A program made the position numbers and the translations under genes. A DNA stretch of 64,000 bases from Pseudomonadota bacterium (lineage in GTDB: Bacteria > UBA10199 > 2-02-FULL-44-16 > DYJF01): contig JBDRBB010000008.1 in NCBI GenBank assembly GCA_043823065.1, positions 93,643 through 157,642 of the forward strand, in the 5' to 3' direction. The notes under the pieces are model-generated. The model searched no databases, was not told where the DNA came from, and worked only from the letters and a program-made list of their open reading frames with translations. Of this stretch, positions 9,302 through 18,641 are shown piece after piece (within the stretch, counting starts at the first letter, position 1; each line of letters starts with the position of its first letter).

Positions 9302-9439
9302 ATGAAAAAAAGATGGCTGTGGTTGTTTTTTGGCTGTGTCGTATTGTCAGTTGCAGCTTTAGTATTATACTCATGTGGTTCCAGCGGAACGTTCGAACCC
9401 ACGACTTATACTGTGACGCTGAAAGGAGCATCATCATGA
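9302..9439 (+). CDS. Small (45 aa) lipoprotein-like ORF; not in the ORF track
   Basis: Strong SD AAAGGAGGGAG 6 nt upstream. Sequence MKKRWLWLFFGCVVLSVAALVLYSC GSS... has a signal peptide and lipobox. Its stop overlaps the next gene's start (ATGA). Confidence 0.35.
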   Translation: MKKRWLWLFFGCVVLSVAALVLYSCGSSGTFEPTTYTVTLKGASS

Positions 9440-10131
9440 AAAAAATTATTTATCTAGGGTTGCTACTTTCATTCTTGTCGTCCCCTGCTTTGGCAGCGAC
9501 AAACGCTTCTTCAGCTATAATAAGACTTTACAAGGCCTATATGTCAACCAGCGGTGACTGCTCGTCGCCAGAAGTGTTCTTTGATGCTGCCAGCGATCCA
9601 ACGACCTATCCCAACGGCTATGCCGAAGTAGACATGGTCAACAATCCGACGATAGGCAGCGGCTCTCTGACTGGCGGAACCTATCAGTGCGTTATCTTCA
9701 AAATGTCTGATCAGATCACCTTTACGGCAGCTGATGATGAAGGTGCCCAGTGCGTTCAAGATCAGACATACACGACCGATGTTTGCTGGAATTGGAACGA
9801 TAACGTGGTCATCAAGAACCCAGAAACTAATGAGGAGACGCTATGCACAACCATGGGTGAGCCAGCCGAAACCATTTGGGTTTATATTAGCACCTGGTCG
9901 ACCCTCTTAACAGGATCAGGGTGCGAGGACTGCGACGGGTTTATTCCGCCGACAACTGATGGTGACACGAAAAACGGCTATAAGTTAACAAACGCTGTTG
10001 ATCTTGGCAGTAATATTATTGGGACGTTTGTTTTCGGAACCGATGGTAAAGTCGTTACTGAACAGTCAGGGGGGCTGGAACGGTGCGGATTAGAGACTCC
10101 TGATTTTTCATTCAGAGTCGAGGCGCAGTAA
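9436..10131 (+). CDS. Secreted Cys-rich protein of unknown function
   Basis: Start trimmed to MKKIIYLGLLLSFLSSPALA (signal peptide) with SD GAAAGGAG upstream. About 10 Cys. Confidence 0.55.
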   Translation: MKKIIYLGLLLSFLSSPALAATNASSAIIRLYKAYMSTSGDCSSPEVFFDAASDPTTYPNGYAEVDMVNNPTIGSGSLTGGTYQCVIFKMSDQITFTAADDEGAQCVQDQTYTTDVCWNWNDNVVIKNPETNEETLCTTMGEPAETIWVYISTWSTLLTGSGCEDCDGFIPPTTDGDTKNGYKLTNAVDLGSNIIGTFVFGTDGKVVTEQSGGLERCGLETPDFSFRVEAQ

Positions 10132-10175
10132 AAATAGGTATATTAATCAGAGTAAAATATATAGTAAAACTATTT

Positions 10176-11402
10176 ATGAAAAAACCAATTTGCTCTTTGT
10201 TGTTTTTGATCATGTTGGCAGGCCTTGGTGGTTGTTCTGGCCCCTTGCCTTGTGCTGGGATATCTGCTCCAAATCTCACCTGTCTTAGTTCCTTTGAAGA
10301 AGGAGTTCTTTTTGAAACAACCGGACAAAGTGGAGGCAACAAGTTTAAAGTTTTGGTGTTAAATGGAACCTGGCAGGAGATGGGCAGGCAATATGGTTAT
10401 TTGGTTCTAGATGAATTAAATGAATTTTATGATCTAGTGGTCACTGATCATCTGATGAACACTCAGGGTCTTGCTTATGCAGAGATATTAGAATCTGCGC
10501 AACAACTATATGACCAAAGATATGATTATCAAAAAGAACTTGTTGCTGGTTTGGCTCAGGTTCCTACGTTAAGTTTGGAAAAAGCCATGATCATCAGCTC
10601 GCTTATTGATTTGGTCGAGCCAGAAGCAGGTTGTTCTAGTATGGCAGCCTGGGGCGAATATACTGCAGACAGGCCTTTGGTGGTTGGTAGAAACTGGGAC
10701 TTGGCGCCGCCATTTGGCGAATTCAAAAAATACATGTCGGTGGTTGTTTACAATCCACAAGATGGTGTCACCAGTTTGGCTGATATTAATTTTTTGGGCA
10801 CAATTTCTCTACAGACTGGTATAAATAGTCATGGTATATTTTTGGATGTGCAAAATGGATCACACTCAGATCCTACACCGCCTATTGAAGATAGAAGGTA
10901 TCCTACTTATGTATTAGGTGATGTTTTGCTAAATTCTCAGAACATCGAAGAACTTGACGCGCAAATGATGTCAGAGGCTAATCTTCCTAAACTTGCTGCA
11001 ATTATTAATGTGGCTGAACCAAGTGAGGATTTGGTTTATGAATGGGCTACTTATGATGTAAAACAAAGGACAGCACAGGGACTGATTGCTTCGTCTAATC
11101 ACTTTGTAAATCCAGATTGGACTGATTTGCCAGTGGTCGAGCCTGGCGCAGCAGGTGATTATAGCTTGGAAAGGTTGGCTAATCTATTGGCGCTGGGAGA
11201 AGAGTATAAAGGCTCTATTGATGCCACAGTAATGCAGCAGATATTTGATACTTCTTTTGATGATGGCGGCCCAACCTTTTCAGAATATACAGTTTATCAA
11301 GTTGTGGCCAGACCAGCAGGTAAAACCATCTGGCTTAAGACACCTGGCCTTTCTGGTTGGGAAATTATTGAACTTGAATCTCTTTTCGCTGTCTCACCTT
11401 GA
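10176..11402 (+). CDS. Lipoprotein, peptidase C45 / acyl-CoA:6-APA acyltransferase-like Ntn-hydrolase (putative)
   Basis: Lipobox LAGLGGCSG. Candidate autoproteolytic Gly-Cys nucleophile (GCSSMAAWG) followed by GRNWD, which resembles the C45 RNxDW motif. Confidence 0.45.
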   Translation: MKKPICSLLFLIMLAGLGGCSGPLPCAGISAPNLTCLSSFEEGVLFETTGQSGGNKFKVLVLNGTWQEMGRQYGYLVLDELNEFYDLVVTDHLMNTQGLAYAEILESAQQLYDQRYDYQKELVAGLAQVPTLSLEKAMIISSLIDLVEPEAGCSSMAAWGEYTADRPLVVGRNWDLAPPFGEFKKYMSVVVYNPQDGVTSLADINFLGTISLQTGINSHGIFLDVQNGSHSDPTPPIEDRRYPTYVLGDVLLNSQNIEELDAQMMSEANLPKLAAIINVAEPSEDLVYEWATYDVKQRTAQGLIASSNHFVNPDWTDLPVVEPGAAGDYSLERLANLLALGEEYKGSIDATVMQQIFDTSFDDGGPTFSEYTVYQVVARPAGKTIWLKTPGLSGWEIIELESLFAVSP

Positions 11403-13880
11403 GCGCTTGCGCGTGCTGATCATGGCTGGTTTTACGTTCCAAATCTCTTTGGTATATTCCTGAATGGCCCGGTCTGAAGAAAATTTTCCAGAACGTGCGG
11501 TATTAAAGATAGAAATGCTGGTCCATTTTTCCACATTCTCTCTGGTTTGGCTCACCCTTTCCTGACAAGCAGCATAGCTGGAAAAATCAGCAAGCACAAA
11601 ATAAGGATCATCCCAGCGCAAATTTTCCACGATCGGAAAAAAAACATCTTTATCGCCATTGGAAAAATGTCCAGAGGAAAGAAGTGAGAGTGCTTCAGCA
11701 ATTCTAGGATCATTTTCAATAAAAGATGCAGGCCGGTAACCATCATAGCGCAAACGTTCAACCTGCTTGGTGGTAAGACCAAAAAGGAAAAAATTTTCTG
11801 GTCCAACTTCTTTAAGAATTTCGATGTTGGCGCCGTCCAGCGTGCCAATGGTAGCAGCGCCGTTCATCATGAACTTCATATTGCCAGTGCCAGAGGCTTC
11901 TTTGCCAGCTGTTGATATTTGCTCAGAAAGATCGCCGGCTGGATAGATGAGCTGCGCTAGTTTAACATTAAAATCCGGGATAAAAGCCACTCGCATGTAT
12001 TGATTAACCTGAGGATCAGCATTTATTACTTCACCTACAGCTGTGATTAATTTGATAATTCGCTTGGCCATGAAATAGCCTGGCGCTGCTTTGCCGCCAA
12101 AGAGGAAAACTGTTGGTAGTGGCTGATATTTTGGATCGCGTTTTATCCGGCAATACTGGGTGATAACATAGAGCATATTTAGATGCTGCCGCTTATATTC
12201 GTGAATCCTTTTGACTTGCACGTCAAAAAACCAGTCAGGATCGATTTTGATTCCAGTTTGCGTAAACACGTGAGTAGTTAGCTGCTCTTTCTTTAAACGT
12301 TTAACAGCGCGCCACTGTTTTCTAAACTCTGCATCTTTGGCAAATGGCTCAAGTTCGCGCAAGCGCGTAATATCTGTCACCCAACCTTTGCCAATAGTAT
12401 CATTGATCAAAGTAGAAAGTTCAGAGTTACAAACTCTTAAGAAACGGCGGGGAGTGACGCCATTGGTCTTGTTGGAAAAGCGTTCTGGCCACATTTCAAA
12501 AAAATCTTTGAGCACAATTGTCTTGAGAAGTTCAGTATGTAGTTCAGCCACGCCATTGATAGCATGGCTGCCAATGCAAGCCAGGTGGGCCATGCGGATG
12601 CGTTTTGGATCTCCTTCAGCAATAATTGACATGCGACGCACGCGCTCTTCATCACCAGGAAACTTTTTGCGTACCTCATCCAAAAAGCGGCGATTGATTT
12701 CAAAAATAATTTCCAGATGTCTGGGTAGCTGACCTTGAAAAAGAGGCAAGCGCCAAGTCTCCAGAGCTTCCGGTAAAAGGGTGTGATTGGTGTAGCCAAA
12801 AGTTTTAACGGTAATCTCCCAGGCAGGATCCCAATCTAGATCATACACATCAATTAACAAGCGCATCAACTCAGCCACAGCAATTGAAGGATGAGTATCA
12901 TTGAGTTGAACTGCAAACAGATCTGGAAACGAGGTAAGTGGTTTGCCAGACATCTCAATAAAGTGCAGCATGTCTTGCAAAGAACAGGAAACGAAAAAGT
13001 ATTGCTGCATTAGCCTTAACTTTTTACCAACCAAAGGCCCGTCATTAGGATAAAGGACTTTGGTGATTGTCTCTGAGAACATCTTTTCGTGCACAGCTTC
13101 ATAATAATCGCCGGCATTGAAGGCCTGAAAGTCAAACGATTCGCAAGCCTCAGCGCTCCAAAGTCTTAAAGTGTTGCAGGAATTTACGTGATAGCCCAAA
13201 ATTGGTGTGTCATAAGCCATGCCCCGGACCATGTGAAAGGGAATCCAGCGCACGCGAAAGCGCCCATTCTCATCAGTAAAGCTTTCAGTATGTCCGCCAA
13301 TGCCCACGTTATAGGTAACAGTAGGTTTGGCAATCTCCCAAGGGTTTCCATAGCGCAGCCACTTGTCGGTGACCTCAACTTGCCAGCCATCGCGAATCTG
13401 TTGATCAAAAATTCCAAATTCATAGCGAATGCCATAGCCGATGGAGGGACAAGTAAGTGTAGCCAGCGAATCCAGATAGCAAGCAGCTAAACGCCCAAGT
13501 CCTCCATTGCCTAGACCAGGCTCTTCCTCTTCTATCAGAAGGTCTTCTAGTTCAAAGCCAAGATCTTTCAAGGCTGCGCGAACTTCCTGCTCAATGTCTA
13601 AATTGACAATATTGTTGCCAAGGTGAGGACCCATTAAAAACTCTGCAGAAAGATAGCAGGCAACTTTTAGGCCGCGGCCATGATAGGCTTCCACCGAGTG
13701 TCCCCAAAGATGCTGCATGCGGTCGCGCACTGCCAAGGCCAGGGCTTTATAATATTCGTGTTTGGTGGCAGAGGATGGTATCTTGCCAATGGTGTAGGTG
13801 AGGTGGTCTTGCACAGACTGTTTTATAGCTTCAACACTGTTGCTGATCCGGCCGTTTACTTTTGATTTTTGCTCGCTCAT
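11394..13880 (-). CDS. glgP: Glycogen (alpha-glucan) phosphorylase
   Basis: GNGGLGRLAACYLDSLATL and the PLP-lysine signature EASGTGNMKFMMNGA. 828 aa. Confidence 0.95.
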   Translation of the reverse strand: MSEQKSKVNGRISNSVEAIKQSVQDHLTYTIGKIPSSATKHEYYKALALAVRDRMQHLWGHSVEAYHGRGLKVACYLSAEFLMGPHLGNNIVNLDIEQEVRAALKDLGFELEDLLIEEEEPGLGNGGLGRLAACYLDSLATLTCPSIGYGIRYEFGIFDQQIRDGWQVEVTDKWLRYGNPWEIAKPTVTYNVGIGGHTESFTDENGRFRVRWIPFHMVRGMAYDTPILGYHVNSCNTLRLWSAEACESFDFQAFNAGDYYEAVHEKMFSETITKVLYPNDGPLVGKKLRLMQQYFFVSCSLQDMLHFIEMSGKPLTSFPDLFAVQLNDTHPSIAVAELMRLLIDVYDLDWDPAWEITVKTFGYTNHTLLPEALETWRLPLFQGQLPRHLEIIFEINRRFLDEVRKKFPGDEERVRRMSIIAEGDPKRIRMAHLACIGSHAINGVAELHTELLKTIVLKDFFEMWPERFSNKTNGVTPRRFLRVCNSELSTLINDTIGKGWVTDITRLRELEPFAKDAEFRKQWRAVKRLKKEQLTTHVFTQTGIKIDPDWFFDVQVKRIHEYKRQHLNMLYVITQYCRIKRDPKYQPLPTVFLFGGKAAPGYFMAKRIIKLITAVGEVINADPQVNQYMRVAFIPDFNVKLAQLIYPAGDLSEQISTAGKEASGTGNMKFMMNGAATIGTLDGANIEILKEVGPENFFLFGLTTKQVERLRYDGYRPASFIENDPRIAEALSLLSSGHFSNGDKDVFFPIVENLRWDDPYFVLADFSSYAACQERVSQTRENVEKWTSISIFNTARSGKFSSDRAIQEYTKEIWNVKPAMISTRKRSR

Positions 13881-13942
13881 ATTTTCCCAGAAGTTTTAAT
13901 AATAAGCTAGGTCATTATTTTTATCAATAACTACTATTAGTT

Positions 13943-13989
13943 GGTTTGTGGTTTTGATCATTGCAATGTTAAGGTTTTTTTTGGGGGGG
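13943..13989. repeat. Repeat B copy 1: ~40 bp with core palindrome CATTGCAATG and a T8G7 homopolymer tract
   Basis: Matches 18503..18543, where the tract is only T5G4. Lies in the divergent promoter region between glgP and the 14161 gene. Confidence 0.55.
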
Positions 13990-14160
13990 CGATGAGCTGT
14001 CTCGGAATTTTGCGTGTCAATTACCTGACTTGAAAAATATCGTTCAACAAGTAATTTATTACCCCCTCTTTCCAAAATACTATAATTAACAGTCAATTGG
14101 ATGATTTGTTTTTGGCATATAATATGCACAAAAAATTATATGGTATATAAAGGAGATTTT

Positions 14161-14610
14161 ATGAAAAAATTAATTTTTTCCATTTTTGCAACTTTTTTTC
14201 TGATTGCTCTAATGATTACAGAAGTTGCTGCCCAAGGTTTTCAAATTATGATTATTGATAAAGATACTGGCCAGGGAATTTCTAGTGCAACTGTAGATAT
14301 TGAACTTGGTACACGGCCTAAGCTTGGTGATATTTCTGCTCGGACTTATGATTACGAAAAGATTGCCACGTTGTGGACGTTGGATGGATATTTAAATGGA
14401 GTTACAACAATTCCCATTGATTTAGACGAAGTTGCTGAAGAATATATTAGCGTTAGATTAAAAATATCTGCGCCTGGATATAAAACTATTTTTAAAAAAT
14501 GGAATAATTTGAATAATAATTTTATAAATACTGAGCCTGCACCAACGCTGGAAATTGGTTTAGAAAAAATTCCAAAGATCAGAGTATTTCAAAGATTGCT
14601 TGATGAATAA
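14161..14610 (+). CDS. Small secreted protein with a carboxypeptidase-regulatory-like beta-sandwich
   Basis: Start at MKKLIFSIF... (signal peptide) with SD GGAG upstream. Motif GFQIMIIDKDTGQGISSATVDIE. Confidence 0.45.
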   Translation: MKKLIFSIFATFFLIALMITEVAAQGFQIMIIDKDTGQGISSATVDIELGTRPKLGDISARTYDYEKIATLWTLDGYLNGVTTIPIDLDEVAEEYISVRLKISAPGYKTIFKKWNNLNNNFINTEPAPTLEIGLEKIPKIRVFQRLLDE

Positions 14611-14689
14611 ATAAAGGGAAAGTCCTCAACCCTGCAAAATTGATAAAGCTGAGTGGATATTGGGGCTGAAGAAATGACCCAGATTTTGC

Positions 14690-15496
14690 CTATTGCACCG
14701 GTGTTATATAGACATTGGTGCCAACCAGCTTCCAGCCCAAACCTTCGTATATATATTTTAATTCAAATGAAATTCTGGATGGGCGTGTTGGGTAATGCCC
14801 TTTTATGGTTAGAATGCCATTTTTGGATAATGTAGGTTTTTGATCAAACACAGGCGGATAGCTTTCCAAAACAGGAACTATATTTATGTCCGCGTCTGTA
14901 AAAGATTTAAATGCCTGGCTGAACCCATTAACAGACAACTCTTTTTTCCAGGAATTGGAGACAAAATTATGAAATCCAGTAAAATCCTTGTCTCTTACAG
15001 ACACAGCAAATTTCATAAGACTTTCACTTACCAGCTCTATTGCTTCTGATTCGCTAGGAAGTCTGGTGTCTTCATTTTCTTGAAGCAGAGCAGGTTTCTC
15101 AACCAAACCAGCATTTGGTTTGGATATGGAATAGATTTTCCATTCACCTTTTTCTTTTACAAATTCCATCTTGACTGGAACAATTCCATCTGAATCGGTA
15201 ACAACCGACCCTTCCAGAGTTCCTTTTTCTCCTGATATGGAACGATTATCCCAGGAAAATTTTTTGAAATTCATTAAGCTGCTTTTGTTCAAAAATTCTA
15301 TAAATCTGTTCTGAGGGGTGCTTATTTTGAAATCTTCAGATACATATATATAGGCTTTTTGATAATCTCTGTTTTTTAAATTGATAAAAAAACTATCAGC
15401 AGTCTTAACCAGTCCGGATGTAAACCAAAAGACAAGGCTCACTCCTATGGCAGCAATAACAACCAGCCCTATAAGTATAAGAAACACTTTTTTCAT
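14690..15496 (-). CDS. Membrane-anchored protein of unknown function (two repeated domains)
   Basis: N-terminal TM anchor; no recognised catalytic motif. Confidence 0.45.
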   Translation of the reverse strand: MKKVFLILIGLVVIAAIGVSLVFWFTSGLVKTADSFFINLKNRDYQKAYIYVSEDFKISTPQNRFIEFLNKSSLMNFKKFSWDNRSISGEKGTLEGSVVTDSDGIVPVKMEFVKEKGEWKIYSISKPNAGLVEKPALLQENEDTRLPSESEAIELVSESLMKFAVSVRDKDFTGFHNFVSNSWKKELSVNGFSQAFKSFTDADINIVPVLESYPPVFDQKPTLSKNGILTIKGHYPTRPSRISFELKYIYEGLGWKLVGTNVYITPVQ

Positions 15497-15594
15497 ATAT
15501 AACCCCCGGTTTGATTTTTAACACAATGTTACTTGTTAAATCAATTAGGTTATTGAGTTGGGAAGGTGAAAAGGTGGTTGCTTAGGAAATCTAA

Positions 15595-16383
15595 TCAAAT
15601 TATTCCTAACCCGAGTAGCAAAGCAACAACTAGCAAGAGGCAGCCGGTGATTTGCTGTATTGTAATCATGGTTACCTTGTGTAAAAAACGTTTGCCAAGC
15701 ATCACTCCACAGAAAGCTGCAATGACTCCTGATGCAACCAGCCCCACTTCATGGTTATGAGTAATAGCGCTAAAGCGTGCGCCGACTAGAATTGCGCCAT
15801 AAGCCACAAGACGCGCCATGTCCACCAGCAATCCAATGATTGCATTCGTGCCTACAAAGGACTGGGGCGAAATACCAACCTTGGCCAAAAAAGCGGATCG
15901 GAGCGCACCTTGGTGCCCAGACAGACCTCCGAAGAACCCTGAGAGTAGGCCTCCAAGCAAGATCCAGCGGCGATTGATTTCCATTTTGGCAAATCGTGGA
16001 TGCAGTTCAATTGTTGCAAAAACAGCCATGAGCAGGGCTATGATGAGCTTAATTGGTGTGATGACTGCTTGTTTGCCAAATAGTGAATATGTCCAGATTT
16101 CTGTCATTCCGGAAAGAAGTGTGAGTACGTAGACACCGCCGAAAGCTGCAATGATGGCCGGAAGGCCAAAGCGCAACACCAGCCCTTTGTCCGCCATCTT
16201 GCCAAGCAGGACTGCCTTGAATATACCGTTGAAAAAGTGGACAAGCGCCGTGGCCGCAATTGCGATTTCTACAGGAAGAAACAGGGCGAACACCGGAAGA
16301 AGCAGGGTGCCCAATCCAAATCCGGAAAACATTGTCAGACCAGAAGCAAGTGTGGCTGCAACGATGATAAAAATATAATCCAT
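15595..16383 (-). CDS. TauE/SafE (DUF81) family membrane exporter
   Basis: Duplicated 4-TM halves with Gly-rich motifs (SGFGLGTLLLP, GGLSGHQGALRSAFL). Confidence 0.7.
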   Translation of the reverse strand: MDYIFIIVAATLASGLTMFSGFGLGTLLLPVFALFLPVEIAIAATALVHFFNGIFKAVLLGKMADKGLVLRFGLPAIIAAFGGVYVLTLLSGMTEIWTYSLFGKQAVITPIKLIIALLMAVFATIELHPRFAKMEINRRWILLGGLLSGFFGGLSGHQGALRSAFLAKVGISPQSFVGTNAIIGLLVDMARLVAYGAILVGARFSAITHNHEVGLVASGVIAAFCGVMLGKRFLHKVTMITIQQITGCLLLVVALLLGLGII

Positions 16384-16387
16384 AAGT

Positions 16388-16813
16388 TTAGATATCCTGT
16401 AACAGTTCAGAATGTATTTTCCTTAATAGCTTATCTCTTGCAGTTCTAAAGGCGTTGTACTTCTCATCTGTTGAGAATTTAACAACTGCCGGATCTTCGA
16501 TGTTCCAGTGAATCATCTTGCTTCCTGCAAAATAAGGACACGACTCTTTGGCATTATTGCAAACAGTAATGACAAAATCAAAAGAAGCGTTTTTAAATTC
16601 ATCTACTGATTTTGAACGATACGATGAAATATCAATTCCTATTTCCTTCATAACTTCTATTGCGTGTGGATTAACGACTGTAGGATTAATCCCTGCGCTA
16701 AATACTTCATACTTATTACCAGCTAGATGGCGCAGTAATCCTTCCGCAATTTGACTTCTGCAAGAATTCCCCGTGCATAAAAATAAAACTCGTTTCTTCA
16801 TTGTTCTCCTCAA
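16388..16813 (-). CDS. arsC: Arsenate reductase, LMW-PTP family (thioredoxin-coupled)
   Basis: P-loop VLFLCTGNSCRSQIAEG. 141 aa. Confidence 0.85.
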   Translation of the reverse strand: MRRTMKKRVLFLCTGNSCRSQIAEGLLRHLAGNKYEVFSAGINPTVVNPHAIEVMKEIGIDISSYRSKSVDEFKNASFDFVITVCNNAKESCPYFAGSKMIHWNIEDPAVVKFSTDEKYNAFRTARDKLLRKIHSELLQDI

Positions 16814-16829
16814 GCTGTTTTAAACCAAT

Positions 16830-17999
16830 TTATATAAAATATCCAAACAACATCCCGCTGATGGTTGACATAATAACAACCAAAGAAACATAGGCAATGG
16901 TCTTTTGGGTGCCAATCACTCCCCGAATGACCAGCATGTTTGGAAGGCTCAAGGCTGGTCCTGCCAGAAGAAGCGCCAGAGCAGGGCCTTGCCCCATTCC
17001 TGCGCCGATGAGTCCTTGCAATATCGGTATTTCAGTAAGTGTCGCGAAATACATAAACGCACCGACAAAGGAGGCAAAAAAGTTTGCTGACAGGGAATTC
17101 CCGCCTACAAATCTAGCGACCCAACTAGACGGTATGAGTCCCTCGTGATCGGGTCTGCCCAAAAGAAAACCCGCGACAACAACTCCGATAAAAAGAAGCG
17201 GCATGATCTGCTTGGCAAAATTCCAAGAAGCCCTAGTCCAACTTGTAATCTCATCTTTCTTAAACCAACTGATAATCGTGTAGATAAGCACTAAAAGAAA
17301 TGTTCCGGTGATGTACCATTTATATGAGTAGATCAAAGCCCATGTAGTAGAGTCTTCCCCAGAAGGTTTTCCCCAGTTTGCAAAGACCAAAACACCAACC
17401 ATAGAAGCAAAATAGATAATCTCTTTCCAAAAAGGCCGTGCGATTTTTTCTTCAGAAAAAGTAAGATTGCCGCTGGCATGCCTCTCTCTTTCTTCCCTAA
17501 GAAATAAGAAGTGCATCAATAGGCCGACAACCACACTAAAAAGAATCGCGCCGATTGCCCTTGCCAGACCCAGCTTAAAACCAAGTATTCTTGCGGTCAT
17601 TATGATGGCCAGAACATTTATGGCTGGCCCGGAATAAAGAAAGGCAATTGCAGGGCCAAGACCAGCACCTCTTTTGTATATACCTGAAAAAAGCGGCAGT
17701 ACCGTACAGGAGCAAACAGCAAGAATAGCACCTGACACAGAAGCGACGCCGTAAGCCAAGACTTTATTTGCCTTTGCGCCGAAATATTTGATGACCGAGG
17801 CCTGACTTACAAATACCGCTATTGCTCCGGCGATAAAAAAGGCTGGAACCAGACAAAGCATGACATGTTCCTGCGCATACCACTGGGTCAGCGCGAGCGA
17901 CTCGAAGAAGGGTCCACTAAACGGGAGCATTCCAAGTGGAAAAAAATACAAGACGAGGAACACCGCCAACATAAGGATAAATTTATAAATCTCTCTCAC
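16830..17999 (-). CDS. DUF318 / ArsP-like predicted permease
   Basis: CSCTVLP motif, resembling the ArsP-family motif as I recall it. GTG start with SD AAGGGGGAA, overlapping the DUF134 stop (GTGA). Confidence 0.7.
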   Translation of the reverse strand: MREIYKFILMLAVFLVLYFFPLGMLPFSGPFFESLALTQWYAQEHVMLCLVPAFFIAGAIAVFVSQASVIKYFGAKANKVLAYGVASVSGAILAVCSCTVLPLFSGIYKRGAGLGPAIAFLYSGPAINVLAIIMTARILGFKLGLARAIGAILFSVVVGLLMHFLFLREERERHASGNLTFSEEKIARPFWKEIIYFASMVGVLVFANWGKPSGEDSTTWALIYSYKWYITGTFLLVLIYTIISWFKKDEITSWTRASWNFAKQIMPLLFIGVVVAGFLLGRPDHEGLIPSSWVARFVGGNSLSANFFASFVGAFMYFATLTEIPILQGLIGAGMGQGPALALLLAGPALSLPNMLVIRGVIGTQKTIAYVSLVVIMSTISGMLFGYFI

Positions 18000-18325
18000 T
18001 TCTTCCCCCTTGAAGGTACCACCTTGCAACAACCACCTTCAATCTTGATTGCCTTGAGATTTACAAAAGCATCGGTTACTTTTTTGTGTGCAGAGGCTAA
18101 AATCCTTGAGATCGTTGAACGGTGAATTTTCATTTTGCTTGCTACTTCTTCCTGCTTCATTTTTTCAAGGTACGAAAGCCGCATGGCCTCAAATTCATCC
18201 AGTGACAATACAACACCTTCAAGCTCAGATGTCCTTTTACACTTCGGTCTGAAGCAGCGCTCGTTGATATCACATCTTACCCATCGTTGCTTTTTTGGTC
18301 TCATAATCACCTCATGGTATTGCAC
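17996..18325 (-). CDS. DUF134 (UPF0251) DNA-binding protein, putative operon regulator
   Basis: Matches the DUF134 pattern: RPKKxR...F.P...LSLDEFEAMRL...EVA..M...RSTI.RIL.SA.KKV.DA.VN.KAI.I. Confidence 0.7.
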   Translation of the reverse strand: MQYHEVIMRPKKQRWVRCDINERCFRPKCKRTSELEGVVLSLDEFEAMRLSYLEKMKQEEVASKMKIHRSTISRILASAHKKVTDAFVNLKAIKIEGGCCKVVPSRGKK

Positions 18326-18368
18326 CTATGTGCATAACATTTCAAACACAATGGAGTCAACAGCTTAT

Positions 18369-18412
18369 ATTAAGGGATCAAGTCTTGCGTTTCGTGTTTT
18401 GAATCTACTTAT
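18369..18412. repeat. Repeat A copy 1 (ATTAAGGGATCAAGTCTTGCGTTTCGTGTTTTGAATCTACTTAT)
   Basis: Near-identical copies at 20756 and 22158, all in the same orientation. Confidence 0.6.
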
Positions 18413-18502
18413 ATTAAACATAAGATGGAGGAAAATGTCTAAGGGTGTAATTACTTAGAGCTATTTGTCTTTTTGTTCGTCCGTCTTATGAGTTTCTTAG
18501 TG

Positions 18503-18543
18503 GGTTTATGGTTTTGATCATTGCAATGTTAAGGTTTTTGGGG
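18503..18543. repeat. Repeat B copy 2 (palindrome CATTGCAATG core, T5G4 tract)
   Basis: Matches 13943..13989. Lies in the divergent promoter region between the DUF134 gene and the 18642 lipoprotein gene. Confidence 0.55.
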
Positions 18544-18641
18544 AAAAATGATACTTATTTTATAAGTATGAAGTATATATTTAAAGCTTTTATTCAGTAG
18601 GAATTTAAAGTATATTATGTAGTATTCAAAAAGGAGGGGGT

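Noticed and set aside
13943-13989. Sigma-54 promoter (TGG-N-TTGCA) inside repeat B
   Set aside because: The GG-to-GC spacing is one base too long relative to the TGGCACG-N4-TTGC consensus. Sigma-54 promoters are intolerant of spacing changes.
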